DNA of 32,000 nt from Candidatus Nanoclepta minutus (GTDB lineage Archaea > Nanobdellota > Nanobdellia > Nanobdellales > Nanobdellaceae): NCBI GenBank assembly GCA_003568775.1, contig MWMI01000003.1:30001-62000 (forward strand), written 5' to 3'. Numbering within the stretch: position 1 is the first letter of the stretch; each line of letters begins with the position of its first letter. Below, one piece after another: positions 16,316 through 24,632 of the stretch. Below the pieces are notes generated by a model. The model did not search any database and had not been told where the DNA came from. It was given only the letters and a program-made list of their open reading frames with translations. A program made the position numbers and the translations under genes.

Positions 16316-17149
16316 ATGAGTAATAGGATTATCCTTTTTGTAGATCTTTTCTTTTTTTCGGTATTGTTGTTTCAATCCTGCATTTATCCCGAAGCCAGAG
16401 GAACTGGTAAAGAGTACCTTATACAGGTCTTAGGTTATAACTTACCTTTAGTTATGAAGAAGGATATATCGTATAACATACCTGTAAGGATATACCTCGA
16501 GGATACTAGCCTTGATTGGGTGGTATGTTTAGCTTCCTTTAGATCTCCAGCCTTTGAAGTGAGTGGAAGCAATTGCATAAGGAAAGATCATGAATCTAAT
16601 ATTTACGAAATATATTTACCTAAGGATGGTTATATAAGAGTAGTCAACACAGATTACATACTCACAGAAACTTCGGATATAATTATTAACGCTTGTTATA
16701 CCTACTATAATATCTTTTCTATGATGGGATGTGCCTATAGGGATAGATCATGTGAGGTTAACATTACGGGAGTCTCGCCAAGGGTTAAGTATCTTGATAT
16801 AAGTAGAGCGGAGGTAATATACGATAGAAAGAATAACGAATTCTATTTAAGGATCTATTTATATCCAACTGAAGAAGAGAACGTTTATTTAATGTCTATA
16901 AACGAAAATATTAGTGAATGCTATGTTCGTAGTCCAACTGATAGATATAGGGTAAATTATGTGCTTAAATATAGTAATAGAAAAGTTGAAGGGAGCATAG
17001 ATCTGAGACCTGGAGTAGCTAACCAGGTAGATGTTAATTTAACAGAACTTGGTATAAGGGATGATCTATATTCTGTCTATCTTGAGTTTCGGGTAGATTA
17101 TATAGTCATGCAAAAGATATACTTAGGCTCTGTAAGGATTGAAAAATAA
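16316..17149 (+). CDS. Secreted/anchored protein, unknown family; signal peptide ends in LFQSC
   Basis: 277 aa. It starts directly after the upstream stop. N-terminus is MSNRIILFVDLFFFSVLLFQSC, and the body is Cys-containing. There is weak by-eye similarity to the previous ORF near the C-terminus (VKYGSSYVNSEGFI / LKYSNRKVEGSI; LDLEFEID / VYLEFRVD). Confidence 0.6.
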   Translation: MSNRIILFVDLFFFSVLLFQSCIYPEARGTGKEYLIQVLGYNLPLVMKKDISYNIPVRIYLEDTSLDWVVCLASFRSPAFEVSGSNCIRKDHESNIYEIYLPKDGYIRVVNTDYILTETSDIIINACYTYYNIFSMMGCAYRDRSCEVNITGVSPRVKYLDISRAEVIYDRKNNEFYLRIYLYPTEEENVYLMSINENISECYVRSPTDRYRVNYVLKYSNRKVEGSIDLRPGVANQVDVNLTELGIRDDLYSVYLEFRVDYIVMQKIYLGSVRIEK

Positions 17150-17180
17150 AAATTTAAATTTAAGTTAAACTTAGAATTGA

Positions 17181-17948
17181 ATGTATAAGAGAAGGGACCA
17201 TCCAAAGAAGGGAGAGTATGTTGTATGCATAGTAAAAGAGATAGAAGATGTAACAGTAAGAGTATCTTTAGAAGAATATGAGAACTTTACTGGAATTATA
17301 CCTATCGATGAAGTATCATCTAAGAGGATATCCAACTTGAGGGAGGTAGTGAAGGAAGGTATGATAGTGGTTTGCTATGTAATCGATGTAGATCCTTCTT
17401 CAAGGGTAGCTACGTTATCCCTAAAGAGAGTAGACGAAAATAGAAAGAAAGTAAAGATGCAGGAATATAAGAAGGAGAGACAAGCGTATATTTTACTTTC
17501 AGACTTCTGTAAAAAAGAAAATATAGATATTTCATCAATATTAGACAAGATAATTTATGCAAATGATGGAAAAAAGCTATACGAAGTATTTACTCATGCA
17601 TATATAGATGGACCGAAGGTATTAGAGTCTTTTGGGATAAATAAAAGGATATCCGAAAAACTCTTTAACTATTTAAAAGAGAATTATAACGTTCCAACTT
17701 ATGAATTAAAGATAAAAATAGACATATATACGTTGAGAGGCGACGGTTTAATAGTTTTGAAGGAATTTTTAGAGGGAATAAAAGAATTGGGATTTGTAGT
17801 AAAATATTTGGGATCTCCAACCTATTATATTTATATGCAGTCTTATAATCCGAAGGAGATAGCAGAAAAGAAGAAAAAGCTTTTTGAATATATAGATAGG
17901 AGAGCAAAAGAACTAAACATAGTTTATGAGAACGTTATTGAGGAATGA
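17181..17948 (+). CDS. eif2a: Translation initiation factor aIF2 alpha subunit
   Basis: 255 aa. The N-terminal S1 domain (PKKGEYVVCIVKEIEDVTVRVSLEEY...GIIPIDEVSS...VVCYVIDVD...LSLKRV) and the two following domains match aIF2-alpha. Confidence 0.9.
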   Translation: MYKRRDHPKKGEYVVCIVKEIEDVTVRVSLEEYENFTGIIPIDEVSSKRISNLREVVKEGMIVVCYVIDVDPSSRVATLSLKRVDENRKKVKMQEYKKERQAYILLSDFCKKENIDISSILDKIIYANDGKKLYEVFTHAYIDGPKVLESFGINKRISEKLFNYLKENYNVPTYELKIKIDIYTLRGDGLIVLKEFLEGIKELGFVVKYLGSPTYYIYMQSYNPKEIAEKKKKLFEYIDRRAKELNIVYENVIEE

Positions 17949-18106
17949 AGGAAATAAGGAAATGCTTAAACTGTAAAGTTTATACTTTCAGGGAAGTTTG
18001 TCCATATTGTGGAAATAAAACTAAGAGTATAATTCCCCCAAAGTTCTCTCCCGAAGATAAATGGGGGGAATATAGGAGGAGAATGAAGAAGGGATTATTT
18101 ATATAG
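17945..18106 (+). CDS. nop10: H/ACA RNP protein Nop10
   Basis: 53-aa ORF, too short for the track, translated by hand: MKEIRKCLNCKVYTFREVCPYCGNKTKSIIPPKFSPEDKWGEYRRRMKKGLFI. It has the zinc ribbon CxxC...CxxC and the PPKFSPEDK.G.YRR signature. Its start overlaps the aIF2-alpha stop (ATGA). aIF2-alpha/Nop10 adjacency is widely conserved in archaea. Confidence 0.85.
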   Translation: MKEIRKCLNCKVYTFREVCPYCGNKTKSIIPPKFSPEDKWGEYRRRMKKGLFI

Positions 18107-18126
18107 GTATATTGGTTATATAATTA

Positions 18127-18912
18127 ATGGTATGGGTTTATGTTAATAGGAGCGAGATAGATAAAGTAGAAGAGCCGCATTTTATATACGCTGTAGGTGG
18201 GGGAATGGGCAACCTGGCAAAGATAGTTGGTAGGACATTAATAAAGAAATATAAACCGAAGTTATTAGGATATATAGTTTCTAAAGCTTTTCCGGATATT
18301 TCTTATTCAAATAAAGACGGCATTTTAAGTAAGTCCTATCCTATAAAGCTTTATTACTTTACTCATAATGAAAGGGATTTCTTGATTTTATATGGTAACC
18401 TTCAACCAGGTTTATTGGAGGATGTTGGGATTTCGTTAGAAGAGAGGTATGATGCTACTATAAAGGTCTTAAGGATACTCAAGAAGTTGAATACGCAAAT
18501 GATAGTATCCATAGGGGGTTTAGGATTGGAGCTAGAGCCCGATTCACCAAAATTATATCTTTCTTATAATAAATACTTTGACAAAAAGTTTTTAGAGGAT
18601 AAAGGAGTGCAATTCGAAGTTTTCTATAGGAACAATATTGTTGGTATGTCTGGACTATTCGTTAGTTTATCGAGTTTCTATAAGATACCTGCCTTTATTC
18701 TTTTAGCAGAAACTTATAGTACCAATCAGATAGATGGCTATATCGGTGCATCAAAGATATTAGAGGCATTAAACAAGTTATACGAGTTCGATATAGATAC
18801 TTCTAAGATATACGAAAAAGGAAAGGAATTAAGAGAGAAAGTTAAAGAATATATAAAAGAGAGTTTAGAGAGAATGCAGAAAGATAGAAAAATGCCGGAC
18901 TATTTTGGTTAG
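18127..18912 (+). CDS. PAC2-family protein (proteasome assembly chaperone-like, COG1938 type)
   Basis: 261 aa. Its position after aIF2-alpha and nop10 matches the conserved archaeal neighbourhood. The sequence pattern (FLILYGNLQP..., IVSIGGLG, ILLAETY) and a C-terminal helical tail are consistent with PAC2/PbaA-like proteins. The family call is partly contextual. Confidence 0.55.
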   Translation: MVWVYVNRSEIDKVEEPHFIYAVGGGMGNLAKIVGRTLIKKYKPKLLGYIVSKAFPDISYSNKDGILSKSYPIKLYYFTHNERDFLILYGNLQPGLLEDVGISLEERYDATIKVLRILKKLNTQMIVSIGGLGLELEPDSPKLYLSYNKYFDKKFLEDKGVQFEVFYRNNIVGMSGLFVSLSSFYKIPAFILLAETYSTNQIDGYIGASKILEALNKLYEFDIDTSKIYEKGKELREKVKEYIKESLERMQKDRKMPDYFG

Positions 18913-19367
18913 CTTTTCTTATCCTTTTTAATATTTTTTATAGTCTCTTGAAGTATTCTATTTGCAATTAATAAATCTCCAATTGTCCTTGAAAGGTCGA
19001 TAATCCTAAAGGATATTTGATTTAGTAGGTTATTGAACTTCTCTCTTGATATTTTAATATCACCCTCATCTGTGGATATCTTTATCTCCTTAACATCTTC
19101 TATCTCTATTTTAGATGGAGAATACCATAATACAAAGTCTATTAGAGACTCTATACCATCAGCTTTTCCGTCAATTTCTATAAAGGACGACCAAACTTTA
19201 GATTTTTGGTTATTTATCTCAATTTCTTTTTCTATAGGTTCTTCTATTTTAGATTTTTCTATTGAAATTCCCTTAAATTCCTTAATTTTTCCTTCAATTT
19301 CCCCTAAAAATTTTTTCAGAAATTCTTTATCATTTCCCAGGGCTTCTATAAATGCTTTAAACTTCAT
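18909..19367 (-). CDS. Hypothetical protein
   Basis: 152 aa, acidic and Lys-rich, with no motif recognised. It overlaps the L44e stop region by 4 nt, so translational coupling is likely. Confidence 0.5.
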   Translation of the reverse strand: MKFKAFIEALGNDKEFLKKFLGEIEGKIKEFKGISIEKSKIEEPIEKEIEINNQKSKVWSSFIEIDGKADGIESLIDFVLWYSPSKIEIEDVKEIKISTDEGDIKISREKFNNLLNQISFRIIDLSRTIGDLLIANRILQETIKNIKKDKKS

Positions 19368-19678
19368 TTTGAGAACATGGATATTTCAACTTTCTTATAT
19401 CTTCCATCTATTACCCAGATATGTTGCTTGTTGCATACGCTACATTGTAGCCTTATATCAACACCTTTAGAAACTTTAAATACCCCCCTTTTTCTCTGTG
19501 ATATAGGTCTTTTACTATATTTTCCCTTGTTTCCCATACCTTTTTTACCTTCTCTAGCCCTCCTAGAACCAAAAGAAAGTCCTCTCCTAACTTTAACTGT
19601 CTTCACAATTATAACTTTATGTTGAGTAGTTTTCTTGCAGAATGGGCAGTACTTATTTACAGTTCTTGGTAACTTCAT
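19364..19678 (-). CDS. rpl44e: 50S ribosomal protein L44e (eL42)
   Basis: 104 aa and highly basic. The zinc ribbon is KYCPFCKKTTQHKV...CSVCNK, and GKRRY-like basic stretches are typical of L44e. Confidence 0.9.
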   Translation of the reverse strand: MKLPRTVNKYCPFCKKTTQHKVIIVKTVKVRRGLSFGSRRAREGKKGMGNKGKYSKRPISQRKRGVFKVSKGVDIRLQCSVCNKQHIWVIDGRYKKVEISMFSK

Positions 19679-19712
19679 TAAGAATATCTATATAATAATA
19701 TTTTAAATTTTT

Positions 19713-20333
19713 CTAGATCTCTTCTGCTACGCTTTGCTTACCTTTCGTTAACTTTTCAGCGATAGAGTTCTGTAGTATAACTATATCGTTATAGTGAAAG
19801 GGACCATAGGTCTTTCCTCCAGGTGCTAGTATTTTTGGGAGGGATTCTGCAGTTATGATTATAATTTTTTTATCCTTTACCTTCCTCTTGATTATAGATT
19901 CATCCGATAATATATTCAACAATGCATCCTCATTTGGATATTCACCTTCTAATAAGTTCTTTATAATATCCTTTATATATACAGAGATCGCTTTGTTTAA
20001 TATTTTGTAAATTGTTTTCTCTTCATCTTCTAAGTCTTTTTCTTCTATTAATTCTATATTTTCTTTATTTTGTAATATTATGCATTCTATAATTTTTTTT
20101 AATCTGATTAGCATAATTTCCCTAAGTAAAATTTTTATTTGGTTTAAATTATCTTTAAGTTTTTGTGTTTCTTCAGAATTAGGATCAGATTTTTCTATCT
20201 GTTTTTTCAATTTTCTTATTTCTTCCGATATTTTTTTAAAGAAATTTTCTGGCAATTTTTTTGGTTTTATAATGTCTTGTTTTTTCTCAAAATTTAACGT
20301 TGAGAAGAGATCCTCTATTAGGTTATTTGTCAT
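19713..20333 (-). CDS. gins51: GINS complex subunit, Gins51 (Sld5/Psf1-like)
   Basis: 206 aa. The A-domain helices include LLREIMLIRLKKII (the R..KI pattern) and an EEKTIYKILNKAI segment. The C-terminal B-domain YGPFHYNDIVILQNSIAEKLTKGKQ is comparable to the Pyrococcus Gins51 end (YGPFKAGDLVVLPKALGRVLVEKGAA, from memory). Confidence 0.65.
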   Translation of the reverse strand: MTNNLIEDLFSTLNFEKKQDIIKPKKLPENFFKKISEEIRKLKKQIEKSDPNSEETQKLKDNLNQIKILLREIMLIRLKKIIECIILQNKENIELIEEKDLEDEEKTIYKILNKAISVYIKDIIKNLLEGEYPNEDALLNILSDESIIKRKVKDKKIIIITAESLPKILAPGGKTYGPFHYNDIVILQNSIAEKLTKGKQSVAEEI

Positions 20334-20386
20334 GTATAATACATTGAAAATAAAGTTTATATTATAGCACCCCGTATAAATCTTTT

Positions 20387-22123
20387 ATGAGTGAAATTAG
20401 GGCTAGTTTAAAAGATTTATGCTTCAATTGTGGGAGGAACATATCCTCTAGTAGATTAAATGGTGGTTTTCCTTGTGAGGAAGATTTGAGTGAAAGTGAG
20501 ATAAAGGAAATAAGAGAGGATTATTTTTTGGAAGATTTATATAAAATATTAGAGAGAAAGAATAGACTTTATAATTTCAAAAAATTGTATGAGATAGAGA
20601 GGGAAAGTAAAGAATTCTTCAATTTTTTCTATAATGTTATAGGATCCGAGCCTTGGTCGATACAAATTGCATGGTTTAAAAGACTAATAAAGAACAATAG
20701 TTTTGCGATGATAGCCCCAACAGGCACCGGTAAGTCAACCTTTATTGCAGTATCATCGATTTACTTTTCTAAAAAAGGTAAGAAGATCCTAATAATCTTA
20801 CCTACTAAAGTTTTGGTTACTCAAATGTATGAAAGAATACATGATTATATGGAGAAGTTAAAAATATCGTTAGAAGTCTTAATGTATAGTGGAAAAAAAG
20901 AAGAAAAGAAAAGAATAGAAGAGGGGAATTTCGATATCTTAATACTCTCTAATCAATTTATTTCAAAAAATTTTTCAGTTTTAAAGGATAAAAAGTTCGA
21001 TTTTATATTTATAGATGATGTAGATGCCTTTTTTAAGGGATCCAAAAATATAGAAAAAGTATTAATGTTATTGGGCTTTAGTGAGGAAGATATTTCTATA
21101 GCTAAGGAGGTTATAGATTTGAAACTTAAAGGGAAGTTTGATTTTAAATCAAAGTTAAGGGAAGAGTTAGAGAATATTAAAAAGAAGGATCATGGAACCC
21201 TTATTTTATCTTCAGCTACGGGTAGTGTGAGAGGAAAGAGGGTAAAGTTATATAAAGAGCTGTTAGATTTCTCTGTAGGGACTGGCGTTAGCAAGCTAAG
21301 AAATATAGTAGATACTTTCATAGAAGATGCAGGGGATTTTAAGGAAAAGGTTTTAGAATTAGTTAAGAAGATGGAGGATGGTATATTAATATTCGTTAGT
21401 AAGGAGTATGGTACTGAATATGCAAAGGATCTATATAATTTTCTATTAGAAAATGGAATAAAGGTGGGCCTGGTTATATCTAAAGAGAAAAGCTCTTTAG
21501 ATAATATAAAGAAGTTTTCTTCTGGTGAAATAAACGTCTTAATAGGGATGGCTCATCACCATGGATTGCTAGTAAGGGGATTGGACCTTCCTACTAGAGT
21601 TAAGTATGCCATATTCATTGGAATACCTAAAATATCCATCAATATTACAAAGTATGAGAGGAACTTAAGGAATCTTTTAATATTATCAAACGTTGTTAAG
21701 GATCTAGTTGAAGAGAAGCCAATTATCGATAGGTTGATAAAATCTTTGAATAGGAAGATTAAGAGATTGTCGAGTGAAGCCATAGTCCTATTATCAAACG
21801 CTTATTCTTCAGGCGAAAACATAGAAGACTGGATGGAATACATATTAAGAGATGTTTATGAGTTAGAGAAAATAGTAATGAAATATATAAAGGATCCAGA
21901 TTTTTTGAAGAAACTAGATTCTCATCCTAGTTTAAGCTTAAGAGTAAAGGGAGAAGATATATATCTAAATATTGTTGATATCAAAACTTACATTCAGGCC
22001 TCTGGTAGGACTTCAAGGTTATATGCGGGTGGATTGACTAAGGGTTTATCGGTAATACTTTCAGATGATGATAAACTCTTAAGGGCACTGGATGCAAGGT
22101 TAAGGATATACTTCTACTATTAA
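20387..22123 (+). CDS. rgy: Reverse gyrase, helicase-like N-terminal half only (split gene)
   Basis: 578 aa with an N-terminal zinc finger (CFNCGR...PCEE) and PWSIQIAWFKRLIKNNSFAMIAPTGTGKST (Walker A). It also has FIFIDDVDAFFKGSKNIEKVLMLLGF, SSATG and TYIQASGRTSRLYAGGLTKGLSVIL (motif VI). The ORF stops about 35 aa after motif VI. No Toprim/topoisomerase IA domain follows anywhere in the window. Confidence 0.85.
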   Translation: MSEIRASLKDLCFNCGRNISSSRLNGGFPCEEDLSESEIKEIREDYFLEDLYKILERKNRLYNFKKLYEIERESKEFFNFFYNVIGSEPWSIQIAWFKRLIKNNSFAMIAPTGTGKSTFIAVSSIYFSKKGKKILIILPTKVLVTQMYERIHDYMEKLKISLEVLMYSGKKEEKKRIEEGNFDILILSNQFISKNFSVLKDKKFDFIFIDDVDAFFKGSKNIEKVLMLLGFSEEDISIAKEVIDLKLKGKFDFKSKLREELENIKKKDHGTLILSSATGSVRGKRVKLYKELLDFSVGTGVSKLRNIVDTFIEDAGDFKEKVLELVKKMEDGILIFVSKEYGTEYAKDLYNFLLENGIKVGLVISKEKSSLDNIKKFSSGEINVLIGMAHHHGLLVRGLDLPTRVKYAIFIGIPKISINITKYERNLRNLLILSNVVKDLVEEKPIIDRLIKSLNRKIKRLSSEAIVLLSNAYSSGENIEDWMEYILRDVYELEKIVMKYIKDPDFLKKLDSHPSLSLRVKGEDIYLNIVDIKTYIQASGRTSRLYAGGLTKGLSVILSDDDKLLRALDARLRIYFYY

Positions 22124-22298
22124 CGGGAATTTTACATACATTTAACAGACTATTAATGAAAGGTTAACGTTTGTATGTTATTACTATATAAAAATAATTA
22201 TTCACCACGTAGAGACAGATTAAATATATGTAACGTAATGTTAAATTTAGGTTTTATCACGTTTAAAGGTTATTAAAGGTTTGTTAAAAAAATCTTAA

Positions 22299-24632
22299 AT
22301 GAACGTTCAGGATATGTTAAATCACCTGAACAGGATGCTATGCGTAAATAAAAAGAATAATTTCAGAGGAATTATTGTTATATCTGGTTCTAAGTATAAA
22401 AAAATACTAGAAAATGTTATTTCTAGGTATTTAGAAGTTATTGATAGGATTCCAGAAGATATAAAATGTTTATATGTTACCGAGGATTATTACGGAAGTT
22501 TCTCTACAAGGTATGATGAAGTTAAGAAGGTATTAGAGGAACGCGGTCTAAAGTTAGAGAAGGGAAAATATAAAGATTCTGTTAATTATATGGGTAGATC
22601 GTTTGATTTACTAATATCAGATCTATACAGATCCTTAACACCAGACTATATAGGGAGGTTAATAGGTACAGTTTCTGGGGGAGGTTTGATAATATTCCTA
22701 GTTGAAGATTTTAATAAATTTGAGGAGATAGAGACATTTTTTCATCAGCACTTATTAACGCCACCTTATAAAATTGAGGATGTTAGAAAACTCTTTGAGA
22801 AGAGGTTTAAGAGAAAAATCTTGGAATACGAGAATATATTGGTAATAGATTCCGAAAAGGAAGAAATAATTAAGGATATAAAAGAGGAATGCAATTTAAA
22901 TGAAGTAATTCCATATTTTAGAAAGCCCCCAAGTATTCCTGCAGACATAAAGTATTCCGAAAAGATATATAAATTATGCTTAACTGAGGATCAGGTCAAT
23001 GTTTTAAAACTGCTTGAAGGTTTATTAGAAGAAGGTAAGAAGGCTTTTTTAATAATAGCAGACAGAGGTAGAGGAAAAAGTGCAGTCTTGGGTCTATCTA
23101 TTGCAGCTTTATCAGAATATTTATTGGATAAAAAGAGATTAGTAGATATAGGAATTACTTCTCCTTCAAAGGATAATGTTAGGACTCTTTTTGAATTTCT
23201 AAGAATGGGTCTAAAGAAGTGTGGAATAGAGTTTGAAGAAAAAAGGAATAAGTTGATTATAAATAGGAAGATATTTATAGAGTATAGGTCTCCACTGAAC
23301 ATTCTGGGAAAGAAATACGACTATCTCTTCATAGATGAAGCAGCTGGTATAGGAATAAACTTACTCTATCAATACCTAAATAAGTATAAGAAGCTTATTT
23401 TTTCTTCAACAATACATGGATATGAGGGTGCTGGAAGGTCTTTTTCAGTTAGGTTTATGAAATACCTAAAAGAAAGGAAGGACTTTGAGGTTTTGGAATA
23501 TAAAATGAAGGAACCTATTAGATATGGAGAAAATGACCCTATAGAGAGATGGCTATTTGATACACTGCTTTTAGATGCTGAACCTGATGAATTAAATGAA
23601 ACGGATATAGAGATGATCAAAGAGAAGAGAGTTAAATTTTATAAGATCCCATTAGAGGAATGGTTTGAGAAGAGAGAGGATAAATTGAGATCGTTTGTGG
23701 GTATATATGTATTGGCTCACTATCAGAATAGACCTAACGATTTAGGTATGATCGCAGATGCCCCACATCATGACGGTTTTGTATTAGAACTAGAGTCTGG
23801 GAAGATAGTAAATGCAATTCAGGTTGCATATGAGGGTGGTATAGACGAAGATACTATAGAAAGGATGTTGAAAGATTACAAACCTAAAGGGAACATAATC
23901 CCAGATGTTATAGCGAAACATTTTAGAGAGAAGGAGTTTCCCAAGTTAAGGGGTATAAGAATAGTTAGGATTGCTACACATCCTTCAGCTCAGGGATTAG
24001 GCTTGGGATCGATAGCTCTAAGTAATTTAACAGAATGGGCTAAAAAGAATAAATTTGATTGGATTGGAACAAGTTTTGGAGTTACTTATGAGTTATTGAA
24101 TTTTTGGTTAAAGAACGGTTTTGTTATAGTACACTTATCCCCTGAAAAGAACAAAGTATCTGGTGAGTATTCCGCAATTGTTATAAAACCTTTAAATAAA
24201 AAGACTGAAGAAATAGTAAAGAGATTAAACTATGAGTTTAGATGGAGGTTTATTAACCAAATAACGGATGTATACTTTGATCTAGAGCCTGAAGTAATTA
24301 GAAAACTGTTAGAAACACCCTATGAAATTAAACCTCATTTCGATATATTATTAACGGAAATACAAAAGGAAAAAGCCAAGGCATATCTTAAGGGACCTAT
24401 GACATACGAAGCTGCTGCGGATATCGTAAGGAATTTATTTATCTATTATTTAATGTATAATGATAAAAATAGGCCAGAAATAGCAGATCAAAAGATGGAA
24501 ATATTGATTGCAAAGATTTTGTTGGCATGGAGTTTTAGAAAGATATCAGATTATTTCGATATTACATCTGGTCAAGCTAGGAAATATATAAAGAAAGCTA
24601 CAAAAGAAATATATAAATGGTTATTTGATTAA
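22299..24632 (+). CDS. tmcA: tRNA(Met) cytidine acetyltransferase TmcA (NAT10/Kre33 homologue)
   Basis: 777 aa. The helicase-like domain has ADRGRGKSA (Walker A) and FIDEAA. STIHGYEGAGRSF is also present, as is the GNAT domain RIVRIATHPSAQGLGLGS. Confidence 0.9.
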   Translation: MNVQDMLNHLNRMLCVNKKNNFRGIIVISGSKYKKILENVISRYLEVIDRIPEDIKCLYVTEDYYGSFSTRYDEVKKVLEERGLKLEKGKYKDSVNYMGRSFDLLISDLYRSLTPDYIGRLIGTVSGGGLIIFLVEDFNKFEEIETFFHQHLLTPPYKIEDVRKLFEKRFKRKILEYENILVIDSEKEEIIKDIKEECNLNEVIPYFRKPPSIPADIKYSEKIYKLCLTEDQVNVLKLLEGLLEEGKKAFLIIADRGRGKSAVLGLSIAALSEYLLDKKRLVDIGITSPSKDNVRTLFEFLRMGLKKCGIEFEEKRNKLIINRKIFIEYRSPLNILGKKYDYLFIDEAAGIGINLLYQYLNKYKKLIFSSTIHGYEGAGRSFSVRFMKYLKERKDFEVLEYKMKEPIRYGENDPIERWLFDTLLLDAEPDELNETDIEMIKEKRVKFYKIPLEEWFEKREDKLRSFVGIYVLAHYQNRPNDLGMIADAPHHDGFVLELESGKIVNAIQVAYEGGIDEDTIERMLKDYKPKGNIIPDVIAKHFREKEFPKLRGIRIVRIATHPSAQGLGLGSIALSNLTEWAKKNKFDWIGTSFGVTYELLNFWLKNGFVIVHLSPEKNKVSGEYSAIVIKPLNKKTEEIVKRLNYEFRWRFINQITDVYFDLEPEVIRKLLETPYEIKPHFDILLTEIQKEKAKAYLKGPMTYEAAADIVRNLFIYYLMYNDKNRPEIADQKMEILIAKILLAWSFRKISDYFDITSGQARKYIKKATKEIYKWLFD

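Noticed and set aside
17665-20367. ORFs 17665..17907 (-), 19033..19470 (+), 19377..19625 (+) and 20080..20367 (+)
   Set aside because: Each lies antisense to a better-supported gene (aIF2-alpha, the 152-aa ORF, L44e, GINS) and encodes low-complexity hydrophobic sequence.
22124-22298. Degraded remnant of the reverse gyrase topoisomerase domain after the stop codon
   Set aside because: All three plus-strand frames are full of stops. No Toprim-like (VESPxKA) or topo IA peptide fragments are recognisable, and 175 bp is far too short for a domain of about 600 aa.
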